Shown: positions 1 through 9,216, counted from the first letter of the stretch. The stretch: DNA of 64,000 bases from a virus (IMGVR_UViG_3300021387_000796:128001-192000); one strand, 5' to 3'. Numbers and translations: made by a program. The notes: generated by a model not told the origin, from the sequence alone.

Positions 1-1
1 T

Positions 2-220
2 CAAGTTGTTGAAGAAAAATGCGGACAAGGAATTAAATCAAGATACTCAAAAAATCAAAGAATCAATGATGCTGAATTATCTAGTTTGATGAGTGATTTT
101 GCACAGTATAAATTTGAAAAAATTAACACTTTAACAAAAATTAATTATAGATTTTATTATTATGATTTATTTGGTACAGAAATAAATTTATATTCTTTGA
201 ATTTAAACAAAATCAAATAG
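2..220 (+). CDS. 3' end of a hypothetical protein entering from the left edge
   Basis: Frame 2 open from window start (QVVEEKCGQG...LNKIK) to TAG at 218-220. Confidence 0.55.
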   Translation, partial: QVVEEKCGQGIKSRYSKNQRINDAELSSLMSDFAQYKFEKINTLTKINYRFYYYDLFGTEINLYSLNLNKIK

Positions 221-301
221 TCTTTGAAATATCCAAAAATCATCAAATTTTCAACAATAAAAAATTCGGTTGTTCTTTACATAAATTTATTCATAATGCT
301 T

Positions 302-490
302 TTAACTTTTGTTCACTTTTTCCCACCTTGCAACTTCTTCATCCGTGAGCCAATGCATAATACACACGTGTGCTTTACAATCTGAAGATTTATTTTCATC
401 GATAACAGTAACCATTGCAGTAACACCGTTTTTCTTAATTATATCTCCAACTTTCAAATTGACCCAAGAGTTATTCACAGTAGATTCCAT
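302..490 (-). CDS. hypothetical protein, paralog of the C-terminal domain of 4278..4670
   Basis: WVNLKVGDII..AMVTVID..HWLTDEEVARWEKV; GGAGG SD upstream. Confidence 0.75.
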   Translation of the reverse strand: MESTVNNSWVNLKVGDIIKKNGVTAMVTVIDENKSSDCKAHVCIMHWLTDEEVARWEKVNKS

Positions 491-493
491 AAA

Positions 494-703
494 TTAATCC
501 TCCTCTCTATCTGAAAACCGCATTTCAATATCACCGCTTTGATAATATACCTTATTCAAATATCCAAGCCAAAAATCGCCAACTTCTTCCCCTTTCTTCA
601 AATCCCATGGTGATTTGAAATTAATGTTTGCGGTTACTCTTGTATCTGCGTGTCCATAATCAATGAGTTTACCAAGTTCATCATAAAGTTCTTTCACTGT
701 CAT
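494..703 (-). CDS. hypothetical phage protein
   Basis: MTVKEL start, SD in the upstream gene end, tight packing. Confidence 0.75.
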   Translation of the reverse strand: MTVKELYDELGKLIDYGHADTRVTANINFKSPWDLKKGEEVGDFWLGYLNKVYYQSGDIEMRFSDREED

Positions 704-1072
704 TTATTCACTCTCCTTTGGAAGTACGATTTCTTTCCAAGCGATAACATCTTTTGATAAATGTTCATCTTCATACCCTTTGCTTTTTTCAACAAACAAT
801 TTCACATCATCATTTATAAATGCTTTTTTGTAAAAACCTAAAACTATACGTTTTCTAATTTTTGTTTCACCACCAACTTCATAATAACAATTTACATAAA
901 ATACCAGTTGTGTTTCTCCATCACATTTCGGAAGTTCACCCTTTGACGGATAATGCCATTCATTAGCCTTTTTATAGCCAAACTCTGCACCGTCTTTGAA
1001 AGCCTTGATATAATCTTCTTCTTTACTATGAAGATTATTTTTTATCCATCCTTCTGCTTCTTTTTCAAACAT
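704..1072 (-). CDS. modular hypothetical protein (MFEKEAE / AFKDGAEFGY / WHY..ELP / VIAWKEI modules)
   Basis: AGGAG SD; motifs shared with neighbours. Confidence 0.8.
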   Translation of the reverse strand: MFEKEAEGWIKNNLHSKEEDYIKAFKDGAEFGYKKANEWHYPSKGELPKCDGETQLVFYVNCYYEVGGETKIRKRIVLGFYKKAFINDDVKLFVEKSKGYEDEHLSKDVIAWKEIVLPKESE

Positions 1073-1081
1073 AATTTACTC

Positions 1082-1321
1082 CTAAAAATACGAAAACAAC
1101 TGTAGATTTATTCCCCATGTATTCCATAAAATAATCTTAAAACTTGAATATAAAGTAATAAAAATAAATTCTAATATAAAAATCAGCATAGAAACATATA
1201 TGACTTTCGTTACTTTATTTTCAATCGAAGAATGGCATATGAAACCAATTATAATACTTATGAATACCACACAAATATCAATAATGCTTGCGGTATAAAA
1301 TATTTTTTCCCACAACATCAT
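1082..1321 (-). CDS. small membrane protein (2 TM)
   Basis: two hydrophobic stretches. Confidence 0.7.
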   Translation of the reverse strand: MMLWEKIFYTASIIDICVVFISIIIGFICHSSIENKVTKVIYVSMLIFILEFIFITLYSSFKIILWNTWGINLQLFSYF

Positions 1322-1558
1322 TTATTCTTCCTCCACTGAACCACCAGAGCGAGCAAAGAAATCAGTATCTTCATAATCTAGTTCCTTTTTCATTTTGTTT
1401 AATTCATACTCAATCTCACTAATTAAATGTTCTTTAATTGCAACTTCTGTGTCTTCAGATTTCGATTTAATCTCTTTAAGTTTTGCATTAAAGAAATCTA
1501 TAAAGTCATAACCTGCTACATTTCCAACAAGATTGTGTGTTTCCCAACTTACTTCCAT
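1322..1558 (-). CDS. hypothetical protein
   Basis: AGGAGG SD, tight packing. Confidence 0.75.
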   Translation of the reverse strand: MEVSWETHNLVGNVAGYDFIDFFNAKLKEIKSKSEDTEVAIKEHLISEIEYELNKMKKELDYEDTDFFARSGGSVEEE

Positions 1559-1569
1559 ATTTTTCCTCC

Positions 1570-1845
1570 TTATAAAATACAGTCTCTTATTATCCGTTGT
1601 TTCAAAAGCGAGTCATATTCATCATATGTATCCCACTTTATCCAATGTTCTTCTTTTATTATTTTATGATGTCCTTTCCAATCGTATAACTCTCCTTCTA
1701 TCATGACTGCAAAATGTCCAAAGATGTCATCGTAATAAATATCACCTCCGAACCTTTCCTTTAGGATTATCGCAAAGTAGTAACAGTTGCCACTTAACCA
1801 TTCACAGTCAGTTTTGAATCTTTTATTTATAAAGTCTTCAATCAT
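1570..1845 (-). CDS. hypothetical phage protein (GNCYYFA..GHF..LYD motif)
   Basis: Cys/His/Asp arrangement resembling a papain-like fold; SD present. Confidence 0.75.
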   Translation of the reverse strand: MIEDFINKRFKTDCEWLSGNCYYFAIILKERFGGDIYYDDIFGHFAVMIEGELYDWKGHHKIIKEEHWIKWDTYDEYDSLLKQRIIRDCIL

Positions 1846-2074
1846 TATGTTCCTTTTCCAAAGTTTTATAAACCTTGTATCTCAACTTTTCATTCTCAAT
1901 CTGTTTCAAGACTAATTCATATTCCTTTTTCGCTTTATCACATTCCCATTGTGCTTTTTGTTTTTCGATTGTTTTGATTGAAAGATTCGTGCAAACAATA
2001 ACCAACATCAAAACACTACTTAATAGAATTGAACCGATTATTACACCATAAAGAATTTTCTTAGCCTTATCCAT
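1838..2074 (-). CDS. membrane-anchored coiled-coil protein
   Basis: N-terminal TM; directly after the sigma70 promoter at 2111-2140. Confidence 0.75.
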   Translation of the reverse strand: MDKAKKILYGVIIGSILLSSVLMLVIVCTNLSIKTIEKQKAQWECDKAKKEYELVLKQIENEKLRYKVYKTLEKEHND

Positions 2075-2110
2075 CCTTTACTCCAAAAAATAATATCAAT
2101 ACATAATTAA

Positions 2111-2140
2111 ATGATAGCACGACAAGCATCAATCTGTCAA
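2111..2140 (-). promoter_or_regulatory. sigma70-like early promoter
   Basis: TTGACA-N18-TATCAT with extended TG. Confidence 0.6.
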
Positions 2141-2158
2141 GTTAATTCTTATAATTAA

Positions 2159-2374
2159 TTATCGATTTAATTTTATTATCGCCAACACAAAAATAATAAA
2201 CATGAAGATGGTTTCAAATGTGAAAAAATCTTTAATTTTGCCATTTTTATAATCATAAGATATGAAAAAATTTAAAATGAAAAATAAACTCACGCAAAAA
2301 GAAGCCATAATTAAATCTTCTAAATTAAAAACCCAACCTAGCAACAACATTAATGTTGGAATCAGATTCATCAT
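2159..2374 (-). CDS. small membrane protein
   Basis: AGGAG SD before MMNLIP; hydrophobic. Confidence 0.65.
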   Translation of the reverse strand: MMNLIPTLMLLLGWVFNLEDLIMASFCVSLFFILNFFISYDYKNGKIKDFFTFETIFMFIIFVLAIIKLNR

Positions 2375-2467
2375 TCTCTCTCCTTTTTGAAGTTTTATAA
2401 TACATTTCGACATCCAAATAGATAACATCTCTTATTTTATAGTTGTATAATCACATAACTCGTATTT

Positions 2468-2755
2468 TTAATCGCTCCACTTCCAAGATAATCTTATAGC
2501 ATCATTTATATTGATTCCGTGATAAACTAAAACATCTTCCAAATCAGAAGTTAGAGAGTTTGAGCAAGTAAGGTAATCTCGATTTGTATGTTTTCTTAAA
2601 CATTCATTTATAGAATCATTTAATGCTTGTGACAGATTTCCATATCCCATTTTTTCTAATCGCCATTTTATAGAATCTTTTATCCAACTAGAAAATTCTA
2701 CACACATTGGATTTTCAAGAAAATCACCTTCAAATGTTTTTAATGTACTACTCAT
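2468..2755 (-). CDS. hypothetical protein
   Basis: AAGGAG SD supplied by the upstream LPKE codons. Confidence 0.75.
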   Translation of the reverse strand: MSSTLKTFEGDFLENPMCVEFSSWIKDSIKWRLEKMGYGNLSQALNDSINECLRKHTNRDYLTCSNSLTSDLEDVLVYHGININDAIRLSWKWSD

Positions 2756-2760
2756 GATTT

Positions 2761-3162
2761 TTACTCCTTTGGAAGCGCAACATCCTTTAAGAATTGCTCT
2801 GTTTCTTTAACTACTTTCGACTCTCTAACTTGCTCGCCATCTATGACTTCCAAAATATCAATCAGTTTTCTAAGAAGTTCTTTTGCTTTGTTTAACTGTT
2901 CTTTTTCATCTTGTGACATAACAACTAATTGTCGGTTAAGTTCTTGTCTGTCTGAAAGCATTTCTTCAACATTGTTATATAACTTATGAGTTGCAGTACC
3001 TTTCTTACGGAAATTTTCAAGTGTATTTTTTGAATCCTTATAATATTTAGGGTCTATAGGTTTCCATTCATACTTCTTTGTTGCAAGACTAAAGTACAAA
3101 TATAAAAGATACCCTTTTTCAAGACACTTTTTTGCTTCTAGTATAAGTTCTTCTTCAGTCAT
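2761..3162 (-). CDS. modular hypothetical protein (KAKELL..EQFLK module)
   Basis: start MTEEE after GGAGG; shares C-terminal module with 3723 and 5043 ORFs. Confidence 0.8.
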   Translation of the reverse strand: MTEEELILEAKKCLEKGYLLYLYFSLATKKYEWKPIDPKYYKDSKNTLENFRKKGTATHKLYNNVEEMLSDRQELNRQLVVMSQDEKEQLNKAKELLRKLIDILEVIDGEQVRESKVVKETEQFLKDVALPKE

Positions 3163-3356
3163 AGTTTCTCCTCCGCATAACCTTGATAACACTTAAGAAG
3201 TTCTTCCTCAATTTCCTTCTTACTTTTTTCTTTACCTGCTTTAAGTCCAGCAAGAAAGATATTCATAACTTTCTCTTTTCTTTCTTCTTCTCCAATATTC
3301 AAAGTAACAGGATAAATTTTGTAATAATATTCTTCTGCTAATTTTTCATCTGTCAT
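3159..3356 (-). CDS. modular hypothetical protein (AEEY / FLAGLKAG modules)
   Basis: GGAGG SD, ATGA overlap with the next gene. Confidence 0.75.
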   Translation of the reverse strand: MTDEKLAEEYYYKIYPVTLNIGEEERKEKVMNIFLAGLKAGKEKSKKEIEEELLKCYQGYAEEKL

Positions 3357-3561
3357 TTTGACACCTCCATTCTTCTAGCAGTAATTTCATTGTTGCTTCC
3401 GCATTTTGTGCCATTGCTTTATTCAATACCTTTACTAAGGCATTTATTGACGCAGTTCTAGGAACATTTTTACGAGCCAGTAGACGTTGTAAATCTCTTT
3501 TGGCTTTCTTGTTTGCCTTTTCATATATAACTAAATATACATGGTGGTTTGCTCTGTTCAT
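3346..3561 (-). CDS. basic hypothetical protein
   Basis: GGAGG SD, overlapping neighbours. Confidence 0.7.
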   Translation of the reverse strand: MNRANHHVYLVIYEKANKKAKRDLQRLLARKNVPRTASINALVKVLNKAMAQNAEATMKLLLEEWRCQNDR

Positions 3562-3719
3562 TTAACCAACCTCCTCTTTTCAAGACAAGAACAAGGAAAT
3601 GGTTTCCAATCAACAATGGTGACATCATTGGTTATATCACAGATAAAATCTCCACACTCTATATAAGTACAATGTTCACACAAGTCTAAGCACACTAGTT
3701 TTGGTTTTTCTTCTGTCAT
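3558..3719 (-). CDS. 53-aa Cys-rich protein (not in ORF track)
   Basis: MTEEKPKLVCLDLCEHCTYIECGDFICDITNDVTIVDWKPFPCSCLEKRRLVK; AAGGAG SD; ATGA overlap. Confidence 0.7.
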   Translation of the reverse strand: MTEEKPKLVCLDLCEHCTYIECGDFICDITNDVTIVDWKPFPCSCLEKRRLVK

Positions 3720-3722
3720 AAT

Positions 3723-4154
3723 CTACTCCTTCAAAAACTGCTCTGCTTTTTCAACAAAGTCGTTAAGCATTTCTTTTGCTTCTTTGGCAAAGGGTCTAAC
3801 TTGACCTTCAAAGATGAACTCTCGTTTTGTACCCTCTATACCGATTCTCATGATTTCTTTTGCTTCGGTGAGTTTTCCCCATACCTCTGCACATTCCTTG
3901 TTACAAATTTGCTTGGAATACCATTTATTCTTTGCTTTCAATTCTGCGTTTTCATTTACAAGTTCAACAATCTTATTATGCTTCTCAATGTCACCATTAA
4001 GAAGTTTTTCATTATAGGCTTTTAATTCTGCATTTTCTTTTTCAAAGTCTGAAAGTTCTTTACAGATAATCTCAAACCCTTGTTGCAGTGTCGAGTCTTT
4101 AAGTGCCATAGAGATTGCACCCATAACAGATAAACGTGCTTCTTCTTTAGTCAT
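3723..4154 (-). CDS. modular coiled-coil protein (ENAELK x2, LTEAKEI..AEQFLKE)
   Basis: GGGAG SD; repeated modules. Confidence 0.8.
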   Translation of the reverse strand: MTKEEARLSVMGAISMALKDSTLQQGFEIICKELSDFEKENAELKAYNEKLLNGDIEKHNKIVELVNENAELKAKNKWYSKQICNKECAEVWGKLTEAKEIMRIGIEGTKREFIFEGQVRPFAKEAKEMLNDFVEKAEQFLKE

Positions 4155-4277
4155 TTTCTATTATCTCCCTTAAATCACATTTTTATCAAATTCTCAATGT
4201 TCAAATAATCAATCATTATCTATCACAAATCCATGTAATTCTTGCTTTACTCCAAAGTTTTTTATATTGTCTTGTTT

Positions 4278-4670
4278 TCATTTTTCCACCTTTTCCCAAT
4301 CTTCGAGTTCTTCATCTGAATACCACTTATGACCTGCACAAATATGTATGCGATATTCTTTATCAATTTCTGTAATCATGGCAGTGAGGTTACCGTTAGT
4401 GATTATATCACCGATTTTCAAATCAGTCCATTTAAGTTTCTTTTCTTCCTCTGGTTCTGAGATAAGATAGGCGAGATTCCATCTAATATTATCTATAACA
4501 AATCTTTTGACTGCATCATCAGATTCAATATCTTCCAAAACTTCAATATATCCATCTTTATCAACAAGTTGTCTTAAACTAAACATACTATCTGCAACAA
4601 TAACCTTACTTCCAATTTTCAACTCATCCGCATTCAATGCGGTGTAAACTTTACTTTTATCGAATTCCAT
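4278..4670 (-). CDS. two-domain hypothetical protein (FDKSKVYTALNADELKIGS + KWTDLKIGDII..WEKVE)
   Basis: start MEFDK; C-domain paralogous to 302..490. Confidence 0.8.
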   Translation of the reverse strand: MEFDKSKVYTALNADELKIGSKVIVADSMFSLRQLVDKDGYIEVLEDIESDDAVKRFVIDNIRWNLAYLISEPEEEKKLKWTDLKIGDIITNGNLTAMITEIDKEYRIHICAGHKWYSDEELEDWEKVEK

Positions 4671-4675
4671 AATTT

Positions 4676-4882
4676 TCACCCCTCAATCAATTCAATTGGT
4701 TCGTAAGAATAAGATTCTACTGTCCAATCAATATCATCCAAATCAGAATTGTAATTATCAAATTCTGATTCTTCGGTCTTACCTTTACAGTAAGATTTTA
4801 CAGTCTTTTCATCGCAAATCATAACACCATGATTGTATGTATGATTATCAATTGATACTTTAATTAGCCACGCTTTCTTCAT
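4676..4882 (-). CDS. hypothetical protein
   Basis: GGGAG SD. Confidence 0.7.
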   Translation of the reverse strand: MKKAWLIKVSIDNHTYNHGVMICDEKTVKSYCKGKTEESEFDNYNSDLDDIDWTVESYSYEPIELIEG

Positions 4883-5042
4883 AAATTACTCCCTTACATT
4901 CACGATACAGATTTCGAAGTTCCATATATTTTTTATACATTTCGTTTCGTTCATCTTCAGAAGGATGTTTTGCAATCCCATAACTTCCATGAACAATAAA
5001 CTTTAATCTAATCATTTCCCAATACTGTTCTTTGGTCATAAA

Positions 5043-5296
5043 TTAATTCTCCTTTTTTAAAAATTGTTCAGCGTGTTGCAAAATAGTATGTGTATTTTTC
5101 AAAGCGAAGGTATAATCAGAATTCTCATTTTTAAGAGTATCCAACAATTCTTTTATAATTTCCTTCGCTTCATTATAAACAATGCCAGCACCTGCTCTAA
5201 ATCCAATCGCACATGCTTGTTCTTGTATATTTGTACACAAAGAACCTTCTAAACCATACACTTTTTCTGCATATTCTTCTGCTTTTTCTCAAACAT
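5043..5296 (-). pseudogene. frameshifted member of the MFEKEAEEY..AEQFLK family
   Basis: ATG at 5296 with AAGGAG SD; span 254 nt (3n+2); AEEYAEKVYG continues in the -1 frame after GAG AAA AAG. Confidence 0.65.
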
Positions 5297-5300
5297 AATC

Positions 5301-5537
5301 TTACTCCTTACAAGAATTCACAGTATCGCAGAATTCAAAATTTTTATTCATATCTGCATCATAAGAATACACGAAGGGAATAACCACAAGTTTATTTCCT
5401 TTATTTGCTTCTTTCATCGCAATCTGTTCGAGATTATCTAAATAAATTTCACCGTCAACTTGTGATACACAAATAATATCTTTATCAAAATCAATATCAT
5501 GCTTTTGAGCAAATACAATCAATTCATTTAATGTCAT
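5301..5537 (-). CDS. hypothetical protein
   Basis: AAGGAG SD before MTLNE. Confidence 0.7.
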   Translation of the reverse strand: MTLNELIVFAQKHDIDFDKDIICVSQVDGEIYLDNLEQIAMKEANKGNKLVVIPFVYSYDADMNKNFEFCDTVNSCKE

Positions 5538-5809
5538 AAACATTCTCCTTCATTATCACATTCCGCAGAATCGTAACCTTCTTCATATCCAACTTGATGA
5601 ATATTGTAATAAACTTCATCTACAAAAGATTTTACAAAATCTCTGCACTTCTCAGTATCTTTTATATTAAGACTAATATTACAATAAAGATTTCTAACAT
5701 TATCATCGAGCCATTCTTTTATTTCTTTTTCACTTTCTGGATGCAATGTTCCCCATTTAATTTCATATTGTGGAAAATCAGAACAAACAAACTTGTCGTC
5801 TTTAATCAT
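5534..5809 (-). CDS. hypothetical protein
   Basis: GGAGGTG SD before MIKDD. Confidence 0.75.
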   Translation of the reverse strand: MIKDDKFVCSDFPQYEIKWGTLHPESEKEIKEWLDDNVRNLYCNISLNIKDTEKCRDFVKSFVDEVYYNIHQVGYEEGYDSAECDNEGECL

Positions 5810-5827
5810 AATTATCACCTCCATTAA

Positions 5828-6088
5828 TCACACAATAAAATTATAAATTGTTACTTCAAGTCCATACGCTCTTTTCTGTTTGTACGGTTCTCCAAGTACA
5901 CCCATTTTCATAAGACGATTGAATTCGGTCTTTGAAATTCTAGGTGTTAAATTACACCAATCTTTATGAAAAGACTGTGTAATCAATTGGTAACAACATC
6001 CGTTATCCATAATTTTATCTTTTGAAGAACATATAAATTTTTGTCTTGTGTTAGTTGCTCTTACTTCAACAATTTTACTATAATCCAT
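5828..6088 (-). CDS. hypothetical protein
   Basis: AAGGAG SD before MDYSK. Confidence 0.75.
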   Translation of the reverse strand: MDYSKIVEVRATNTRQKFICSSKDKIMDNGCCYQLITQSFHKDWCNLTPRISKTEFNRLMKMGVLGEPYKQKRAYGLEVTIYNFIV

Positions 6089-6119
6089 AATTATCTCCTT
6101 AATCCGCAATAAAATATTC

Positions 6120-6587
6120 TTATCTATATGGTCTTTTTACAATTTCATCTTCATAATCCCATCTAAATTCAAATCTGCAACAATTTTCGCATTTCTCTTT
6201 ATTTACAGATTCATTATTTCTTCGATGAGGATTAAAACAATCATCGGCTTCTTTGCTATAATTCAAACAGTTTACAGTACAAAAATCTTCGCTTTTACAC
6301 TTTTTATATACTGCTTTCTGTTTATCTAATTCTTGTCCTAATGATTGTTCTAATTGACAGATAGAAACTTCTGAACGCAATTCAACTTCTCGTTTTCCGT
6401 TGTAACCACCTTTGAAAAATAATTTTAATAATTTAATTTTTGAAGGTTTTTTATAAACAGGAACCGAGATTGTGAACTTATCTTCTTCTTCCCCACTATA
6501 CATATGACTCAACTCGCTCCAATCGTGTTCCAAATCTTCAATTTTTTGTTCTTGTCTTTCTGCCCAATACTGTTGAGTTTTATTCAT
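6120..6587 (-). CDS. hypothetical protein with Cys-rich C-terminus
   Basis: AAGGAG SD; several Cys pairs. Confidence 0.75.
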   Translation of the reverse strand: MNKTQQYWAERQEQKIEDLEHDWSELSHMYSGEEEDKFTISVPVYKKPSKIKLLKLFFKGGYNGKREVELRSEVSICQLEQSLGQELDKQKAVYKKCKSEDFCTVNCLNYSKEADDCFNPHRRNNESVNKEKCENCCRFEFRWDYEDEIVKRPYR

Positions 6588-6599
6588 TATTTAATCTCC

Positions 6600-6821
6600 T
6601 TAATCTGCAATAAAATATTCCTTATGTTCATGGCATCCGTTTTCATCTTCCCAATGCTTTTCAGTACGATAACAAAGGATTTTATCTTTCAAGCCATGAA
6701 TATAATATTTTTCAATTACTTCATGTTTAGAAGGATATTCAACTGAACATGAAACACCTTCATGACGATAAACATTATTATCAAAATATTCATAATATTT
6801 CTTTGCAGATACCTTTTTCAT
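6600..6821 (-). CDS. hypothetical protein
   Basis: GAGGAG SD before MKKVS, directly after a promoter. Confidence 0.75.
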   Translation of the reverse strand: MKKVSAKKYYEYFDNNVYRHEGVSCSVEYPSKHEVIEKYYIHGLKDKILCYRTEKHWEDENGCHEHKEYFIAD

Positions 6822-6846
6822 AAAGTTATTCTCCTCTATGTTTATA

Positions 6847-6875
6847 AATATATCATAGAAGAGATTGAATGTCAA
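6847..6875 (-). promoter_or_regulatory. sigma70-like early promoter
   Basis: TAATTTTCC-TTGACA-N17-TATATT with TG extension. Confidence 0.75.
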
Positions 6876-6900
6876 GGAAAATTATTAAAAAATGTTAAAT

Positions 6901-6928
6901 AAAAATCCGCTCGAAATGGGAGCGGATT
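6901..6928 (-). terminator. intrinsic terminator after recA
   Basis: AATCCGCTC/GAGCGGATT stem followed by a T run. Confidence 0.75.
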
Positions 6929-6949
6929 AAAATATTGTCTATAGTTTAA

Positions 6950-8104
6950 TTATTCGTTTTCTGAATCTTGTGAAATCACATCATTATCATTTGATGTTAC
7001 TTTCAAATCTTCAAGTTCTGCCTTTTGAGCATTAATTTCGTCTGTTTTATCTTCATCTTGCATTACTGTTTTTTCATCAGCACATCTATAAGCATTCAAA
7101 GTTTCTTCATACAATTTATCTTTGAAATCTTCATGTTCTTTAAGATATTTACAGAACGCATCCTCGCCTTGCCATCTATGGTCTTCAGTACAAGATTCTT
7201 TATTTGGATAATAGAACCAAGCACCACCTTTACTTACAGTTCCTAATTGAACTGAAGAACGAGCCAAATCAGTAATTTTATCGATGCCTTCACCATAACG
7301 ACATACTAGAGTACATTTACGATAAGGAACACCAACTTTATTTTTAGTAACTTTGAATGTGATTTCGTTACTTACTGCAAGACCATCTTCTTCCGTAACT
7401 TTAGTCTGTCTACGCATGGTAACTTGTTGTGAGAATGTAAACTCCCCGCTACGACCGACACTTTTTACCTCAGACGGGCCCATTCCCATAGTATTTATTG
7501 CTGACCTGACTTGTTCTATAACAAGAAGTGTACAATTGTTATCCGCACAAACACCTGCTAACTGTTTATAAGCATTACCTAAAATACGAGCCACCAATGC
7601 CATACTTACAGAAGAAATTTCTTCATCATTCGCCTTGGAAGGTGAAAGTGCCGAGGTAGAATCAAGTACGGCTATACCATAAATGCCACTTGCGATTGAA
7701 TCACGAAGTTTTGTTAATCCTTCTTCTGCACTTTTTGTTTGGTCAATAACAACACGGTCTAAATCTACATGAAGTGCCTTCAAATATGAAATATCCGTAC
7801 TCTGTTCAGCGTCATAAATGTACGCATAAAAACTTGGGTCTTTTCTCTGTTGTTCAGCAATAGTCATATAAGCAAGAGATGATTTTGCCGATGAGAATGT
7901 ACCATTTATTGCACACACACGACCAACTGCAAATCCAGAATTTAATGCAAGGTCGATTCCCATAATACCTGTACTATAGAACTTTACTTTATCAAGATTA
8001 TTGGCGGTTTTTACTGCTCCGCTTTCACCGTATTTTTTACTGAACGATTTGTTTAACTCGGCTATTCGTTTTTTCTTTTCTTCCAAACTAAGAACTTCAC
8101 TCAT
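6950..8104 (-). CDS. recA: RecA/UvsX recombinase
   Basis: STG..GIDLAL, Walker A variant GTFSSAKS, YDAE, Walker B AVLDS, IEQVR, KNKVG.PYR, KGGAWF. Confidence 0.95.
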   Translation of the reverse strand: MSEVLSLEEKKKRIAELNKSFSKKYGESGAVKTANNLDKVKFYSTGIMGIDLALNSGFAVGRVCAINGTFSSAKSSLAYMTIAEQQRKDPSFYAYIYDAEQSTDISYLKALHVDLDRVVIDQTKSAEEGLTKLRDSIASGIYGIAVLDSTSALSPSKANDEEISSVSMALVARILGNAYKQLAGVCADNNCTLLVIEQVRSAINTMGMGPSEVKSVGRSGEFTFSQQVTMRRQTKVTEEDGLAVSNEITFKVTKNKVGVPYRKCTLVCRYGEGIDKITDLARSSVQLGTVSKGGAWFYYPNKESCTEDHRWQGEDAFCKYLKEHEDFKDKLYEETLNAYRCADEKTVMQDEDKTDEINAQKAELEDLKVTSNDNDVISQDSENE

Positions 8105-8199
8105 ATCTCTATATCTCCTTAAAAATAAGTTTTCACAATCATATCTAAATCACAACTAAAATTCAATACTAAAATGAAATTTCTTATTCATTTTCCTTT

Positions 8200-8799
8200 T
8201 TACTTCTCCATTATCTGAATTTTTACATTCGGTTCGCAAGGTAAATCACAACCCATACAAAAATGTTCTCCAAAGATTCTCATAAAATACCACAATTGAA
8301 ATTTACAATAACCTTCTTCATCAGTATCTAAAGTTGGCACATACTTATCATCGAGGTCGTGGTAATAGTTTCTATAAATTTCTTTACCTTTATCTGTAAG
8401 TTTTACCTTGATATATTCATTCAAATTGACATCTCTAAATCTGTCTTTCATTTTCTCAAACTCCATTTTTGCTTTAGATTTTGCAGATAAAAAATTATTC
8501 AATTGTTCTTCGTATTTACGAATTTCATTATTCAAAAAATTTTGATGTCGAATTGTATTTTCATAATCAATCCCTTCAATTTCAATTTTATCTTTACACT
8601 CGTTGTAATAAGGATGATATGTATTCTCAACATAAGGATTTGAATAAAAATGCACATGAATATTATCATCAAGTTTTACAAAATGTACAGATACAACATC
8701 AATATTCAGATAATCATCGTAAAAAGGTTTCTTTAGTTTATAAACTATATATTCATAAATATTTATACCGCTGATGTTCAAAATAGGTTCTACATTCAT
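8200..8799 (-). CDS. hypothetical protein, probably two fused domains
   Basis: AAGGAG SD; C-terminal NLNEYIKVKLT..FQLW..M.IFG phage-type domain. Confidence 0.75.
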   Translation of the reverse strand: MNVEPILNISGINIYEYIVYKLKKPFYDDYLNIDVVSVHFVKLDDNIHVHFYSNPYVENTYHPYYNECKDKIEIEGIDYENTIRHQNFLNNEIRKYEEQLNNFLSAKSKAKMEFEKMKDRFRDVNLNEYIKVKLTDKGKEIYRNYYHDLDDKYVPTLDTDEEGYCKFQLWYFMRIFGEHFCMGCDLPCEPNVKIQIMEK

Positions 8800-8810
8800 A
8801 CCATTTCTCC

Positions 8811-9206
8811 TTAATAAATATCATGTTTTACAATATGGTGTTGATTTTCCACAAACTGTTTCAATTCTTTCACTTTATCTAATACGGAATTTAATTTGTT
8901 ATTTTCAATGATATCTTCTAAATCAGATTTTATTTCTTGCAATATCTTACAACAATAATCTTTCAAAGAATCAATGTTACTTTCCAATTCCACGACTCTA
9001 TCTTCCAATTCGTTATTTTCAATTTCCAAATCAGTAACATAACCATCTACATCTTCATTATAATAACTTAGAGTAGTAATTATTTTATCTTCCACAAAAT
9101 TTACAACCTCATTGAAACATTCAGTCCTTTTCTTGCCAAAATTTTCTTCAATAAAATTGAATAGTTTATTTTCAATTTCTTTTTGTGTAATTTCTATATC
9201 AGCCAT
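8811..9206 (-). CDS. coiled-coil hypothetical protein
   Basis: AGGAG SD, heptad pattern. Confidence 0.75.
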   Translation of the reverse strand: MADIEITQKEIENKLFNFIEENFGKKRTECFNEVVNFVEDKIITTLSYYNEDVDGYVTDLEIENNELEDRVVELESNIDSLKDYCCKILQEIKSDLEDIIENNKLNSVLDKVKELKQFVENQHHIVKHDIY

Positions 9207-9216
9207 TTTTTAACTC

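Noticed and set aside
4170-4281. Short ORF MKTRQYKKLWSKARITWICDR
   Set aside because: Only 21 codons followed by multiple stops; probably a gene remnant, too weak to call.
704-5296. Diversity-generating retroelement or integron behind the modular genes
   Set aside because: No reverse transcriptase, TR/VR pair, integrase or attC-like sites; genes abut with no intergenic repeats.
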